This document shows positions 1 to 14,211 of a stretch of 64,000 nt of DNA, in pieces. Made by a program: the position numbers and the translations under genes. Positions within the stretch are counted from its first letter, which is position 1; the number at the start of each line of letters is the position of its first letter. The notes beneath the pieces were generated by a model, which did no database searches, was not told the origin of the DNA, and saw only the letters and a list, made by a program, of their open reading frames with translations. The DNA comes from Octopus vulgaris (taxonomy: Eukaryota): positions 48,298,001 through 48,362,000 of the forward strand of contig OX597818.1 of NCBI GenBank assembly GCA_951406725.2, written 5' to 3'.

Positions 1-1179
1 ATAATTTTGACATAATTTTAAAATTTCACAGTATGTGACAGCAATAGGGAAGACTGTACAAAAGTAGACACAGTTATAGGACATCATACACACACACACA
101 AATGTACGTGCAGGTAATCATGAGTTTAAAATGGTGTATAGTAGACATATGTATGTGTGTGTGTGTGTCTAAGTGTTTCTTTGTGATGAACAGCAGAAAA
201 GCCACCTACCCCCTCTCTCCTTAAAGCTACGTATTCCACACACCCACTTTTCTTTCCCTTCCTTGGCGTTTTAAAATTTACTTATGACAGCTGTATTAAC
301 ATTTCATCCCACTGCCACTCCATATTTATCGCTTACACATCTCCCCTTCCCTGATATCAGTCACCCTAACTATGCCACCACATTTCCCTCATAGTAACAC
401 TCTTTGCACTCTTCTCATTTTATATAATAGCCCAACATCCCCAAGAGAGTCCATTATAGATTTTTATTGAAATCCAATTTGCCTATAATTGAACTGGATG
501 TTAGTTTAATATGTATGCAAAGTTTCATCAAGATTGGTTCACTGGTGTAAGCAGCAATGTCTCATATCTATATATTGACCAACCATAAGGGCTAATATTG
601 GTAAAATGAGACATACTTATCTACATGGCCAAAACAGCTGTAAGATGTAATCTATACTTATATTTATATTCTCTTTTATATATATTCTACTTATTATACA
701 ACTTTACTCTTTTATGTACATTCCTTTATGTACACTGATTTGTTCTGCTTTTTATATTTAACCCTAGTCTCTTATGTGGTGGTTTAATAAAGTATGTGAT
801 TGAGTATTATCTGGAAATTGATATTTGATTTAGATGTATTTCTCCATTTTCTTATCTTGTATGTATATATATATATATATATATATGACATGATTTTCAA
901 CATAGTTGAACAACCAGTCAGGATTCACAGTGCAGGTTGTATTATGCATTCTTTTGATTGCTGAATACAAAATGTGGCTCACGAGACCTCCATTCAGGTG
1001 ATTTTTCTCACTCACTATCTCACCCATGTATGCCAATTTGTCACAAGGTTACCCATTTATAGCTGAATGGAGTGGAGCAACATGAAATGAAGTGTTTTGC
1101 TCAAGAACACAATGGAAAACTGAAGTGGAGATATTGAGAGCAAAACCCGAACCACCAGGCAAAAATAAAAATGTGTGTA

Positions 1180-1350
1180 TAGACACAGGAGTGGCTGTGT
1201 GGTAAGTAGCTTGCTTACCAACCACATGATTCCAGGTTCAGTCCCACTGCATGGTGCCTTGGGCAAGTGTCTTATGCTATAACCTTGAGTCGACCAAAAC
1301 CTTGAGTGGATTTGGTAGACAAATTGAAAGAAGCCTATCATATATATATA

Positions 1351-1408
<58 letters not shown>

Positions 1409-2000
1409 TGTGTCTGTGTTTGTTCCCCCCACCCAGCAGCACTTGACAACCGATGCTGGTGTGTTTATGTTCCCATAACTTAGTGGTTCAGCAAAAGAGA
1501 CTGATAGAATAAGTACTAGGCTTACAAAGAATAAGTCTTGTGATCGGCTTGCTTGACTAAATGCAGTGCTCCAGTATGGCCAGTCAAATGACTGAAACAA
1601 GTAAAAAAAAATGTGTGTTATATATAAGCGCAGGCATGGCTGTATGGTATGAAGTTTGCTTCTCAATCATATGGTTCCAGGTTCAGTTCCACTGCATGGC
1701 ATCTTGGGCAATTCTCTTTTACTATAGCCCCGGGCCAATAAATGCCTTGTGAGTGGATTTGGTAGATAGAAACTGAAAGAAGCCCATTGTGTGTGTGTAT
1801 TTGTGTGCCTGTGTTTGCCCCCACCTTCACTTCACAACTAATGTTGATGTGGTTACATCCCTGTAGCTTGGCAAAAGAGACCGATAGAATAAGTACTAGG
1901 CTTACAAAGAATATGTCCCGGGGTTGGTTTCTTCGACTAAAAACCCTCTAAGGCAATGCTCCAGCATAGCCACAGTCAAATGGCTGAAACAAGTAAAAGA
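1180..2000 (+). mobile_element. Two tandem copies of tRNA-derived SINE family A (CORE-like, internal TA/TG microsatellite)
   Basis: Head ggagtggctgtgtggtaagtagcttgc..ggttcagtccc, CORE-like ccttgggcaagt, tail gcagtcaaatgactgaaacaagtaaaag; many copies in the window. Confidence 0.85.
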
Positions 2001-2584
2001 ATATACAAAACACTCATTAAATCTTACTAATACAGGTAAAACTGTCCTGTTTAATCAGTTTGTGCAACTTAAATGATATGAGTCATAAAAGCACCCACTA
2101 CACTCTCGGAGTGGTTGGCATTAGGAAGGGCATCCAGCTGTAGAAACTCTGCCAGATCAGCTTGGAGTCTGGTGCAGCCATCTGGTTCGCCAGTCCTCAG
2201 TCAAATCGTCCAACCCATGCTAGCATGGAAAGCGGACGTTAAACGATGATGATGATATATCTTCACCATCATATAACATCCATTGTCCATGGGTTGGATG
2301 GTTTGACCAGGGCTGGTAAGCTGAGGGGCTGTACCAGACCCCAGTCTGATTTGCATGGTTTCTATGGCTGGTTTCCTTATACTTTACTTTCTTAATGAGT
2401 TAGAGTATCCAAAGCCATGTGTTGAAACTGAAGCAATTGAACTGTGAAGAGCCATTTTAGTGAACTAACAAACACACACAAGCTGCATTTGTTATTTATT
2501 CCTTTGTGTCAAAATTTTAATTGCTTAGTTGCACCTTGCTCACTGACACAGTTCTGTTATAAATGTTTGAAATTTTGTTAATGA

Positions 2585-3030
2585 GTGTTAAGAGTACCAT
2601 ATGACCATGGTTGTTGCCAGAGCAACAAGCTGGACTCGGTGCTGGTGGCATGTAAAAACCACCATTCGAGCATGGTCATTACCTGCATCGCCTTACTGGC
2701 ACTTGTGCTGGTGGCACGTGAAAAAACATTCAAGTGAGGTCCTTGCCAGTGCCACTGGACTGGCTCCTATGCAGGTGGCACACAGAAAGCGCCATTTGAG
2801 TGTGGCCATTGCCAGTACCGCCTGACTGGTCCTCGTGCCAGTGGCACGTAAAAGCACTCACTACACTCTCGGAGTGGTTGGCCTTAGGAAGGGCATCCAG
2901 CTGTAGAAACTCTGCCAGATCAGATTGGAGTCTGGTGCAGCCATCTGGTTCGCCAGACCTCAGTCAAATCGTCCAACCCATGCCAGCATGGAAAGCGGAC
3001 ATTAAACGATGATGATGATGATGATGATGA
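2585..3030 (+). mobile_element. Repeat family C: retroposon with internal ~60-bp minisatellite and (GAT)n tail
   Basis: Units of gtgccggtggcacgtaaaaagcacc..., then ggttggcgttaggaagggcatccagctgtagaaac...catggaaagcggacgttaaacgatgatgatg; tail type suggests RTE-related mobilisation (inference). Confidence 0.8.
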
Positions 3031-4209
3031 AGTTCTTACAAGCCAGAAGGGTTTTCTTTTCTAACAGAATTTATATAAGTTCTGTTGTATAATATGTTGA
3101 TGGACCTTCAACTCTTGACAATAGTAGCTGTGAGTCATGCCTAGCTTCTATTGTCTGTTTACAACTTTGTGTATTTTTATCATCACTGTTTCACCATATT
3201 TTTTCTTCTTCCTTTTACTGTTTCTTTTTCTTTTCCTACCTCCTTCACCTGTCATGTTGCCTAGTATTAAATTTCTGCACTCCATCCCCATCCCTGCCCC
3301 CCAGTCTCATAGTATAAATGTGAGGTATTTCGGTACATTCTTCTTTTGTGGCACAAGCCACTAGAAATTAAGTTCCTGCTAGGTTCATTAAATCTTTGTT
3401 TTAATTGTGATTAAAAAAAAAGTTGTGGTTGGCCAACATATGCCAACAGACTAATAATATTGATAAAATCACACCCATATCTATCTGTGTAAACTCAAAC
3501 TATATACATACATATCCACATGCACACACACACACACACATGTGTATATAAAGTATATTTTGTATGCAGTTAGATGTAGGATTACTACTGGGGAGTTTAG
3601 AGCTCTGTATAGATAACACTGTGTACTAAAATTTAATTTTTTTTTGTCTTTGGTCAGTAAGTGTTATTTCCTATTTGCTTCCATTTAGAAATCAAAGGAA
3701 ATGACTACTATTCCCTTCAAAGTTTGCCTTTGTGACCTGAACCCCAATGTTTTAAAATGCCTATTTTCCGTTACATTTCAGACAGATTTGGTGCTGAGTT
3801 GCTGAAACACAAGAAATATAGCAAATATTCTGCACAATACCACCTTGACCTTTACCACCTGAGCATGTCCTTTAGTGGCTGACCATATATGTGGTTGTGA
3901 TCATGAGCAGTAGTAGGGGAGCATCATAGCCATACATTGATAGGGATTCTTTGGAGTTTGAATAAATGTAACAAGAGCTAAGTTTGAAGGAAATATTGGC
4001 CACTTTTCATAATTTTGTGGTGCAAGTGAATAAGAAATAACAGTTGCTCCCCAAGAGCAAAAATTGTGTTACACAGTTATCATAATCAAGTCTGCTTCCA
4101 GTATAGTAGTGTGGTCACTCTGTACTTAGTAGTATTATTGGTTACGGCAAATGGAACAAATGTAAGAGAAATTATAAACACAAGATGCACTTTATACCAT
4201 TTGTTCCCT

Positions 4210-4718
4210 AATCAAAATCAATTCGATGACTGGCATCCGTGCTAGTGGGGTGCAAAGAGCACCATACGAGTATGATCATTGACAGAGCGGCTATTCGAGT
4301 ATGATTGTTACCAGCGTCGCCTTACTGGCACTTATTATGCCTGTGCTAGGAGGGTGCCAAGAGTACCATCCAAGCATGATCGTTGCCAGAGCAGCCAATT
4401 GGCTTCTGTACCCGCGGCACATAAAAGGGCACCATTCGAGCGTGATCGTTACCAACGTCGCTTCACTGGCACGTGTAAAAAGATTCGAGCGAGGTCATTG
4501 CCAGTACTGCCTGACTGGCCCCCGTGCCGGTGGCATGTAAAAAGCACCCACTACACTCTCGGAGTGGTTGGCGTTAGGAAGGGCATCCAGCTGTAGAAAC
4601 TCTGCCAGATCAAGATTGGAGCCTGGTGCAGCCATCTGGTTTGCCAGCTCTCAGTCAAAATCGTCCAACCCATGCTAGCATGGAAAGCAGACGTTAAATG
4701 ATGATGATGATGATGATG
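4210..4718 (+). mobile_element. Repeat family C
   Basis: Same architecture as 2585-3030. Confidence 0.8.
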
Positions 4719-4918
4719 TGGATGTTCCAAGTGCAATTAGATGCTGAATCACAACAGTTCTTTGGAGGACCACTTTATTGCTGTATGTTATGTAGATCAA
4801 ATGCAATAAAGTGTTCCTCTGTTGATCTGCTGTGGTTCAGCATCCAATTGTACTCGGAACATCCATTGCAGAGGGTGCAATTAACCACAATGATGAAACT
4901 TATGTAGGTAAAGTTGAG

Positions 4919-5312
4919 AGGCGCAGGAGTGGCTGTGTGGTAAGTAGCTTGCTAACCAACCACATGGTTCCGGGTTCAGTCCCACTGCGTGGCATCTTGG
5001 GCAAGTGTCTTCTGCTATAGCCTCGGGCCGACCAATGCCTTGTGAGTGGATATTTGGTAGACGGAAACTGAAAGAAGCCCGTCGTATATATGTATATATA
5101 TATATGTGTGTGTTTGTGTGTTTGTCCCCCTAGCATTGCTTGACAACCGATGCTGGTGTGTTTACGTCCCCGTCACTTAGCGGTTCGGCAAAAGAGACCG
5201 ATAGAATAAGTACTGGGCTTACAAAGAATAAGTCCCGGGGTCGATTTGCTCGACTAAAGGCGGTGCTCCAGCACGGCCGCAGTCAAATGACTGAAACAAG
5301 TAAAAGAGTAGA
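4919..5312 (+). mobile_element. SINE family A (young copy)
   Basis: Full-length, CpG-rich copy. Confidence 0.88.
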
Positions 5313-5449
5313 GTGAATAATCTTTTATGTTTTGTTTCTTTGTCATTTGACAAGTGGCCATGCTGGAGCACTGCCTTCGGATAATTTTTTGGTGAATGAA
5401 TCAACCGCAGTACTTTAAAAAAAAAAAAGAAAACCTGGTACTTATTCTT

Positions 5450-5629
5450 TTCTTTTATTCGTTTCAGTCATTTGACTGCGGCCATGCTGGAGCACCGCCT
5501 TTAGTCGAGCAAATCGACACCAGGACTTATTCTTTGTAAGCCTAGTACTTATTCTATTGGTCTCTGTTGCCGAACCACTAAGTTACGGGGACATAAACAT
5601 ACCAGCATCGGTTATCAAGCCATGTTGGA

Positions 5630-5663
<34 letters not shown>

Positions 5664-5820
5664 GACGAGCTTCTTTCAGTTTCCGTCTACCAAATCTACT
5701 CACAAGGCTTTGGTCGGCCTGAGGCTATAGTAGAAGATACTTGCCCAAGGTGCCACGCAGTGGGAATGAACCCAGAACCATATAGTGGGTAAGCAAGTTA
5801 CTTACCACACAGCCACTCTT
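5450..5820 (-). mobile_element. SINE family A
   Basis: Reverse complement of the 4919-5312 family. Confidence 0.88.
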
Positions 5821-6513
5821 TATTCTATCAATCCATTTTGCTGAACTGCTAAGTTACAGGGTATACCATCACTGGTTGTCAAGTGGTTAGGGTTTACTCA
5901 GTTTCTGTCTGCTAAATCCATTCACAATGCTTTGGTCAACTTGATGACATAGTTGAAGACGCTCGCCCAATGTGTCATGCAGTGGGACTGAACCCAGAAC
6001 CATGTGGCTGGGAAGCTAACTTCTTACCACACAGCCACAGGCATGGCAGTGTTGTAAGAAAAGAATAATTAAACTCAAGCTTCTAAAAGATAGCATTACA
6101 TATAAACTTTACCTCACATGTAGGACTAACCCTTTTGATACTAACCTACCCATGACCACCTCTTGTTGCTTCTATAGTAAAAATTCTCTGTTTTTAGAGA
6201 TCTTAATTAATACTCACCAATAAAATTTCATGTTAATTTGTTTCAAACATTAGCTTAATAATCATGTTATTTCACTATATTCTTCATTTATTAAGTTTGA
6301 AATGCGTGTATTTCATCAAAGAAATTGTGAGAAATGGTCAATTGATGAAGGGGAACTGGCTCTATGAGATTCTTATCCAAACTGCTTCCAAAATTGAATA
6401 GTATCATCTTCCTAATAACAGGCCTTCCCAAACTTATGAAATTCTTAAAAAAATTTTTTTATATCTATACGGATGAGTAAATTAAATGAAAAACTCATTA
6501 GAAATTAACTGCA

Positions 6514-6550
<37 letters not shown>

Positions 6551-6811
6551 GATCAAACAAAATGAGGACTTTTGTACTGTATACTTTGGTCTGTTCTTTT
6601 ATTAGTTTGTCATTGAATTGTGGTCATGCTGGAGCATTCATATCTGCAGTCTGTTATAAAAAATGTATATAATTTAGATTAACCCATAAAGTGCTGAAAT
6701 TTGCACTTACATAGCATGGACTGCTGAGCACATTTTATGACAATGAGACTACCATGCACACATAAAAAACAAAAAATAGTTAAAATATCTTCTTAGTATA
6801 TAATGGCGAGT

Positions 6812-7150
6812 GAAGGCGCATGGCTCAGTAGTTAGAGCGTCAAGCTTACGATCGTGAGGTTGTTAGCTCGAATCCCAGACCAGGCTGCATGTTGCGTTCT
6901 TGAGCAAGACACTTTATTTCATGTTGCTCCAGTTCACTCAGCTGTTGAAATGAGTTGCGACGTCACGGGTGCCAAGCTGGATCGGCCCTTGCCTTTCCCT
7001 TGGATAACACTGGTGGCATGGAGAGGGGAGGCCGGATTGCATGGACGACTGCTGGTCTGCCATAAACAACCTTAACCAGACTTGTGCCTGGGAGGGTAAC
7101 TTTCTAGGTGCAATCCCATGGTCAGTGTTGTGACCGAAGGGGGGGTCTCA
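6812..7150 (+). mobile_element. tRNA-derived SINE family D
   Basis: A-box tggctcagtagttagagc, B-box-like gctcgaatccc, CORE-like gttcttgagcaagacacttt; homologous copies at 41559 and 48815. Confidence 0.85.
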
Positions 7151-9116
7151 GATATAACGGTGGCAAATTTTACATCGTCTGAAAAGTCATTTATTGAACT
7201 ATTAGTTCTCTTGCATTCTGGTGGGTATCAGGGCATTTGAGTGACATTAAACCCCAACAAATGCCCATAAATTAAATGCATCTATCTGGGCCATGATCGT
7301 GGCCTGTTGGCCTCTGTTTCCTGATGGCTATGATTATGGTCCATCGTGCTTCATGTGTTAAACATGATAAATATTAATTCTAATTTTGGCAATTTTGAGG
7401 AGAAGGATTAATTATATCATCTGCAGTTGTTGACTGGTACTTATTTTATCAACCCTAAAAGGATTGAAAGGCAAAATTTGTCCTCACCAGAATTAGAACT
7501 CAAAAGAAATGCTGCTAAGCATTTTATCTGGCATGCTAACAATTCTGCCACCTCGTTAATTAAACAACCTTTTCTACTATAGGCACAAGGCCAGGAATTT
7601 TGGGAGAGGAATTAAGTCGATTACATCAAACCCATACTGCTATACTGGTACTTATTTTATTGACCCCCAAAAGGATGAAAGACGAAGTTGACCTTGGTGG
7701 AATTCGAACTCGGAACGTAAAGATGGACAAAATGCCATTAAGCGTTTAGCCTGGCACAATAGCAGTTCTTCGAGCTTGCTGCCTTAATCATTAATTAAAT
7801 AATAAAAGTTCTTTCAGCTAATTGAATGACACTTGGACCACAACTAGTTAATCTGTTCTTTTATGAACTTCTAACCAATAAAATTTGAATTTAAATTACA
7901 GTTAATACATTTAATGAACTTAAAGTCTGTAAAACTTGTTGGTATGGATCTTATTTTTTCCCCCTTCAATTTATTATGTGCAACTTAAAACTGCTTTAAT
8001 AAATTGAATATAAAAGTTGAAAGTTGACTAAATTATGAGGTGTTTTTAGATAATGGAATTACATAGAGGAAAAAGAAAACCAGGAAGGAGGGGATGGGGG
8101 GATTATAGAACAAAACAAAATTGTATGGCTGTTGACATACTAACCTGGTGAGTGAGTAAGAAGTATGTCATCACATCCTTAAAATTAGTATATACTACTG
8201 TTAGCTAGATTTTCTGCTGCTGATATTACTTGTTAACTCTCTACAGTCAAACGAGCCAACAAACACTAACTGATGCCATTTTAGGTTAATGTGTTAATAA
8301 CATACACTAATTCTGTCATCAAATATATAAGCTTACGTGATTATTTGAGTTATAAAACCAACTGAAAATCAAAGATAATATATCCATTTATACTAATTTC
8401 AAGTTTTTTTTTCCTTTTTCTTTTTCTTTCTTCCTACATTTCATTTTAAGCCATTTTATATTATTGTAGAGCAGTCACAAGCAAACTGCAGGTCACATGC
8501 AGCTCACGTGACTTCCTGAGTGGCACACACCAATGAAAAATTACCTTGAATTTTTATTTTATTTTTTTATTTATTTTTTTGTGTGATAGGGCAACCTGGC
8601 TGATGATGGAGCCAGGACTCCTGCAGGCTGCTTCTTGAAAAAGGTTGCCCATACCTGCTATCAAGCAACAGTCAGAAAATACATGTAACCAAAATAAAAA
8701 CAGAAAGCTTAAACATTTAATTTTTTATCAATTTAAGTTTTAGAGTTCTCTCCCTTATCCCTCTTGACAAGAATTTTCTTTAGTGTTAATAAGTTGTTTT
8801 TTTCTCATTAGAGGTGTAATTACAGTTGATTAAAAATTCATTTTGCTTCACTGCATTAATTATGCTAGCTCAACAAAATTACTGAGACTAACATATGGAA
8901 AATTTTTTGCTTAATTTTATTATTTCATATGGGTGCAGTTGTGACTGTGGATAAAAAAAATTGCTTTACAACCAAGTAGTTTTAGGTTCAATCTCAATAC
9001 ATGACACTTTGGGTATGTGTCTGCTGCTAGAGCCCAGTTTGATTAATATCTTCGAATGAAATTTGGTAAATAGAAACTGTGTAGAAGTTCATTGTGTGTT
9101 TATATGTGAACAGCTA

Positions 9117-9183
<67 letters not shown>

Positions 9184-9184
9184 A

Positions 9185-9367
9185 TACTCTTTTACTTGTT
9201 TCAGTCATTTTACTGTGGCCATGCTGGAGCACCACCTTTAGTCGAGCAAATCGCCCCCAGGACTTATTCTTTGTAAGCCTAGTACTTATTCTATCGGTCT
9301 CTTTTGCCGAACCGCTAAGTTACGGGGACGTAAACACACCAGCATCGGTTGTCAAGCAATGTTGGGG

Positions 9368-9406
<39 letters not shown>

Positions 9407-9578
9407 CATACATACTACGGGCTTCTTTCAGTTTCCGTCTACCAAATCCACTCACAAGGCTTTGGTCAGCCCGAGGCTATAGCAGAAGACACTTGCCCAA
9501 GGTGCCACGCAGTGGGACTGAACCCGGAACCATGTGGTTCGTAAGCAAGCTACTTACCACACAGCCACTCCTACGCCT
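9185..9578 (-). mobile_element. SINE family A
   Basis: Full-length reverse copy. Confidence 0.88.
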
Positions 9579-10463
9579 ATGTATGTCTATATCTTTCAGC
9601 AATGTGAGAGAGAAGACTAACAAAGCAGCACTTTCAATTAAAAACGCCCCATGGTGTTTGGTCTGTTTCATTTGCACAATGCTTCTTTGTCACTCTTGTA
9701 TTATAAATGCAGTGATTGACAAGTTTGAAGCATGTAACTAATGGCCCTATTGTTCACAATATCCTGATATTTAAAATATATAAATCAGGATTTAGTATTT
9801 ATCATAGGCCAAAGTGTTTTATTGTACTACTCACAAATTAGATACATTTCAAGCGGTGAGAACAAGACTAAACTTATTTTATTTAAAGATATGTTTAGTT
9901 ATAAATATATCCAAAGTAATTTCCCACAGTTTAAATGTATCTTAAGCACTGACAACAAAAACTTGATCCATTTCGTATAAAAAAAATCTTTGTAATAAAC
10001 CATCACCATTTAACGCACACTTTTTTATGCTTGCGTGAGTCAGACAGAAAATTTGGAAGCAGATATTCTACAGCCAAGTGCCCTTCTTTTTTCCAACCCT
10101 CACCTATTTCCAAGTAAGGTAATATTTCCTATGGCCTGATCCGTTTTTCATGGAAGACTAGAAACAAACTGACTGTTTGTTAACAACCATCCTTTGTTGT
10201 CAAGACATGGGTACACACAAACATATATGCATGCACATTAATACAACAGGCTTTTTTTTTTTCAGTTTCCACCTACCAAATCCACTCTTGAAGCTTTAGT
10301 CAACCTGGAGCTATAGCAAAAGACACTTGCTCGGGTTGCCACACTGTAGGACTGAACCCAAAACCACAGTTAGAAAGCAAACTTCTTAACCACACAACCA
10401 TTTCTTTCCCCATGTATTAACTATTACTAATCGAGAAGAAATGATTATACAGAAATAAATATG

Positions 10464-10654
10464 TTACTCTTTTACTTGTTTCAGTCATTTGATTGTGGCC
10501 ATGCTGGAGCACCGCCTTTTAGTCGAGCAAATCAACCCCAGGACTTATTCTTTGTAAGCCTAGTACTTATTCTATCGGTCTCTTTTGCCGAACCACTAAG
10601 TTACGGGGATGTGAACACACCAGCATTGGTTGTCAAGCGATGTTGCGGGGACAA

Positions 10655-10693
<39 letters not shown>

Positions 10694-10858
10694 CGACGAG
10701 CTTCTTTCAGTTTCTGTCTACCAAATCCACTCACAAGGCTTTGGTCAACCCAAGGCTATAGTAGAAGACACTTGCCCAAGGTGCCATGCAGTGGGACTGA
10801 ACCTGGAACCATGTGGTTGGTAAGCAAGCTACTTACCACACAGCCACTCCTATGCCTA
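10464..10858 (-). mobile_element. SINE family A
   Basis: Full-length reverse copy. Confidence 0.88.
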
Positions 10859-11289
10859 TGATCCAAACATCAAATTAATAATGACTGTTTTCTTACTCTT
10901 TAAAATTAATTGGAACAAAGATTGTATTGCAGCAAAATTATGGTAATAAGTTACAGATAGGAAATAATTTGGATAATTACTATTGGGTGTGAGTGAAGTT
11001 TAATTAGTGTTGAGCATAATCGTTCTAGTGCAAAATTACTTACCACTGTATTCTACCATGTAATCATTGAACCAACAAGGAAGCTTAATAAGGTAATTAG
11101 AAACAACAGGCAAATTTCCTTTAGATCACTAATTGTTAGGTCAAGTGGTATCAACTGATTCACTCTATTGAAATTTTTACCAGATATCTGGATATCTTAC
11201 ATCCCTAATGGCTCTTGTTTTGTCAGCATGAGTATCTCAATCTTTTGCACACTTCCAATGACTTCTCATGTTGACATATAAATAAAGGA

Positions 11290-12650
11290 AACCACAGCCA
11301 AACCATATCTCAGAGACTGTGATCCCGCTTTGGAGCCATAGAATACTTCAGCTGCTTACCTACTACAGTGTACGTGTGTAGCCCACATTAGAATACTATA
11401 TTCATGTGGTAAGAAGCTTAAGGCGGCAAGCTGGCAGAAACATTAGCACGCCGGGCGAAATGCTTAGCCATATTTTGTGTGCACTTACGTTCTGAGTTCA
11501 AATTCCGCCAAGGTCGACTTTGCCTTTCATCCTTTCGGGGTTGATAAACTAAGTACCAGTTACGCACTGGGGTCGATGTAATCGACTTAATCCGTGTATC
11601 TGTCCTTGTTTGTCCTCTCTGTGTTTAGCTCCTTGTGGGTAGTAAAGAAATAGGTATTTTGTCTGCCGTTACGTTCTGAGTTCAAATTCCACCGAGGTTG
11701 ACTTTGCCTTTCATCCTTTCGGAGTCGATAAATTAAGTACCAGTTACACACAGGGGTCGATATAATCAACTTAATCCGTTTGTCTGTCCTTGTTCGTCCC
11801 CTCTGTGTTTAGCCCCTTGTGGGTAGTAAAGAAATAGGTATTTCGTCTGCCATTACGCTCTGAGTTCAAATTCCACCGAGGTCGACTTTGCCTTTCATCC
11901 TGTCGGAGTCGATAAATTAAGTACTAGTTACGCACTGGGGTCGATGTAATCGACTTAATCCCTTTGTTCTTGTTTGTCCCCTCTGTGTGTTGTCCCTTGT
12001 GGGCAGTAAAGAAATAAGAAGCTTTCTTCTGAACTATATGGCTCCAGGATCAGTCCCACTGTGTTGCACCTTGGGCAAGTATCTTCTATGTCATTGGGCT
12101 GACCAAAGCTTTGTGAGTGGGTTTGGTAGGTGGAAATTGAAAGAAGCCCGTTGTATGTGTGTCTGTGTTTGTCTCTCACCACAGCTTGACAGCTGATGTT
12201 GGTGTGTTTGTATCCCTGTAACTTAGCAGTTCAGCAAAACAGGCCAATAGAATAAGTACCATGCTTTAAAAACAAATACTGGGATCAATTCATTCAACTA
12301 AAAACTTTTCAAGGTGGTGCTCCAGTATAGCCACAGTCTAGTGACTGAAACAAGTAAAAGATACGATATATCTGGAATGGTGCTGGTGCTGTGCACAAAC
12401 ATCCCCCCAAAAGCCATCCAGTTGGTTCAATTGCTACAACCCCGAGTCAACAACTTCCATTGTATTGTCTATCACCATTACAGCAGTTCCTGTTCCTCTC
12501 AACTAACAAGGAGTGTACCATCCTGGAACTCATACACAACACACTAACCTCTGGTCTTCTGGTTATTCCTTCTGCATCTCCTTCAAAACTCTAAGCTAAA
12601 CACTTCTCCCGTTCCTCTACCAAAATTTCCTCTTAACCCACACTTTCTTG
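11290..12650 (+). mobile_element. Old LINE relic split by nested SINE insertions
   Basis: PTLEYYS at ~11382-11404 continues as IWNGAG at ~12370, followed by KAIQLV..LQP..CSSQL; the interval holds a SINE-A copy containing a SINE-B trimer. Confidence 0.5.
11420..12014 (+). mobile_element. SINE family B trimer (one head + two head-less ~184-bp units)
   Basis: Head aaggcggcaagctggcagaa, B-box-like gagttcaaattcc; junctions gaaata|ggtattt; TSD taagaagctt at 11410-11419 and 12015-12024. Confidence 0.88.
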
Positions 12651-13766
12651 GTAAGCACCAACTTGCAGATGTTCAAATTAAATATTAGCTACATTGATGT
12701 CACCAGTATGGAAGGTCTGCAAAAGCTATAGGCATTGACCCTAAAAAATGAGGGTACAAGATGTGGCAATAAGTGCTGGTATGATTGTGTGGTAAAATGT
12801 TAGCCTCCCAATGTAATGGTTTCAAGTTCAGTCCCATTGCATGGCACCTTGAGCTAACGTCTTCTACTATAACCCAAGGCTGACCACAGCATTGTGAGTA
12901 GATTAGGTAAATATGATCTTTACTATGTTCTGTGGAGTTAGTGGAGCATATCCAACCCCATATATTCAGAGTGAGTTTGTTTATTTGAGAGAATGTATCA
13001 ATGGGAAAAAACTGTTTCTTCTCCTGTCTGCTTTAATCTTGTACTGAAAATACATCATTATCATCATCATCATCATTTAACGTCCGCTTTCCATGCTAGC
13101 ATGGGTTGGACGATTTGACTGAGGTCTGGCGAACCAGACTCCAATCTGATCTGGCAGAGTTTCTATAGCTGGATGCCCTTCCTAACACCAGGATGCCCTT
13201 CCGTACTGAAAATACATGTCTGACAAATGTTAGTGACTCTGTACTTCATTAAATATGATGTTTATTAACATATCAATCACTATTATCAACACAAGTTTTA
13301 CCTGGGTGACTGCTATTCCAAGTAGAAGTTCGTCTTTGATGTTATCCATACCATCATAGATTCCACATTTTTTGATACCTTGACTATTATCTTAACTCTC
13401 ACAGCTCTACCCATGATTACACCCCCACTAACATACCTGTGCAATCATAGACCTCTTTGGTCATTCTGTTGGGGTTACTAAATACCCAGCAGTTGCCCAA
13501 CTTGTTCCATTCTTTTTACCTAAACCATTTGAATGGTTTTTTTGTTTGAAACTTATAGAAGTTGTAACTGCAACATTAAACCACCGTCAGTGACTGTTTG
13601 TTTACATTTTTAATTGCTCAAGATGTTTTCCTTTATTGATTCTGTTTTGTGAGCTGAGAATTGATCCCACACTAGTAATCTTGGTTTCTTCAACAGACAA
13701 CCTTGATGATGCGACCATGCTTTTCCCAACCACGGTTTCACATCACTTTTGTTCATACATGAACAA

Positions 13767-14211
13767 CGGGCTGGAGGTGTTCGACAATGACTGTCTCCGC
13801 CGCATTCTTCGCTGCCAACGCATTGATCGGGTTTCTACAGTCGGTCTTTGTCATCACCTCAATCTCCGGCCCCTCCCTTCGGTGCTTCTATAACGGTGTT
13901 TAGGGTGGTTCGGTCATGGGGCCCGGTGAGCTGATTCGCGATGTTCTCCTCCTACCTCCACTTCCCAACTGGTGCAAACGCACAGGCGAGCAGCTGAAGA
14001 CCTGGGCAACAACAATAAAGGAGGACCTCTCCGAACTCTCAGGTCTGCAGGTGATCGGTCTGCACAGATGGAACCGCGAATGGTTCGCTATCTCCACTGA
14101 CCTCGCACAGGACTATCGAGCATGGGCTGCCATGGTTCGTGATGCCGTCAGGACCAGAGAAGAAGCCGGCTCAATCCACCCTGGGTGAACACCGTCACAA
14201 GTAAAAGTATC
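13767..14211 (+). mobile_element. 5'-truncated RTE-clade LINE 3' end
   Basis: LEVFDNDCLRRILR...L*RCLGWFGH...WCKRTGEQLKTWATTIKEDL...LAQDYRAWAAMVRDAV is the RTE post-RT C-terminus; GC-rich relative to the flanks; caagtaaaagta tail; TSD catgaacaa at 13758-13766 and 14212-14220. Confidence 0.85.

Noticed and set aside
6812-6890. Functional tRNA gene (also the heads at 15930-16048, 34680-34753 and 41559-41630)
   Set aside because: A/B boxes are present but no closed acceptor stem is evident, and each continues into a multi-copy SINE body.
8140-8160. Splice-donor-like ctg|gtgagt as an upstream NR exon
   Set aside because: No supporting exon or promoter evidence; upstream exons cannot be located from sequence alone.
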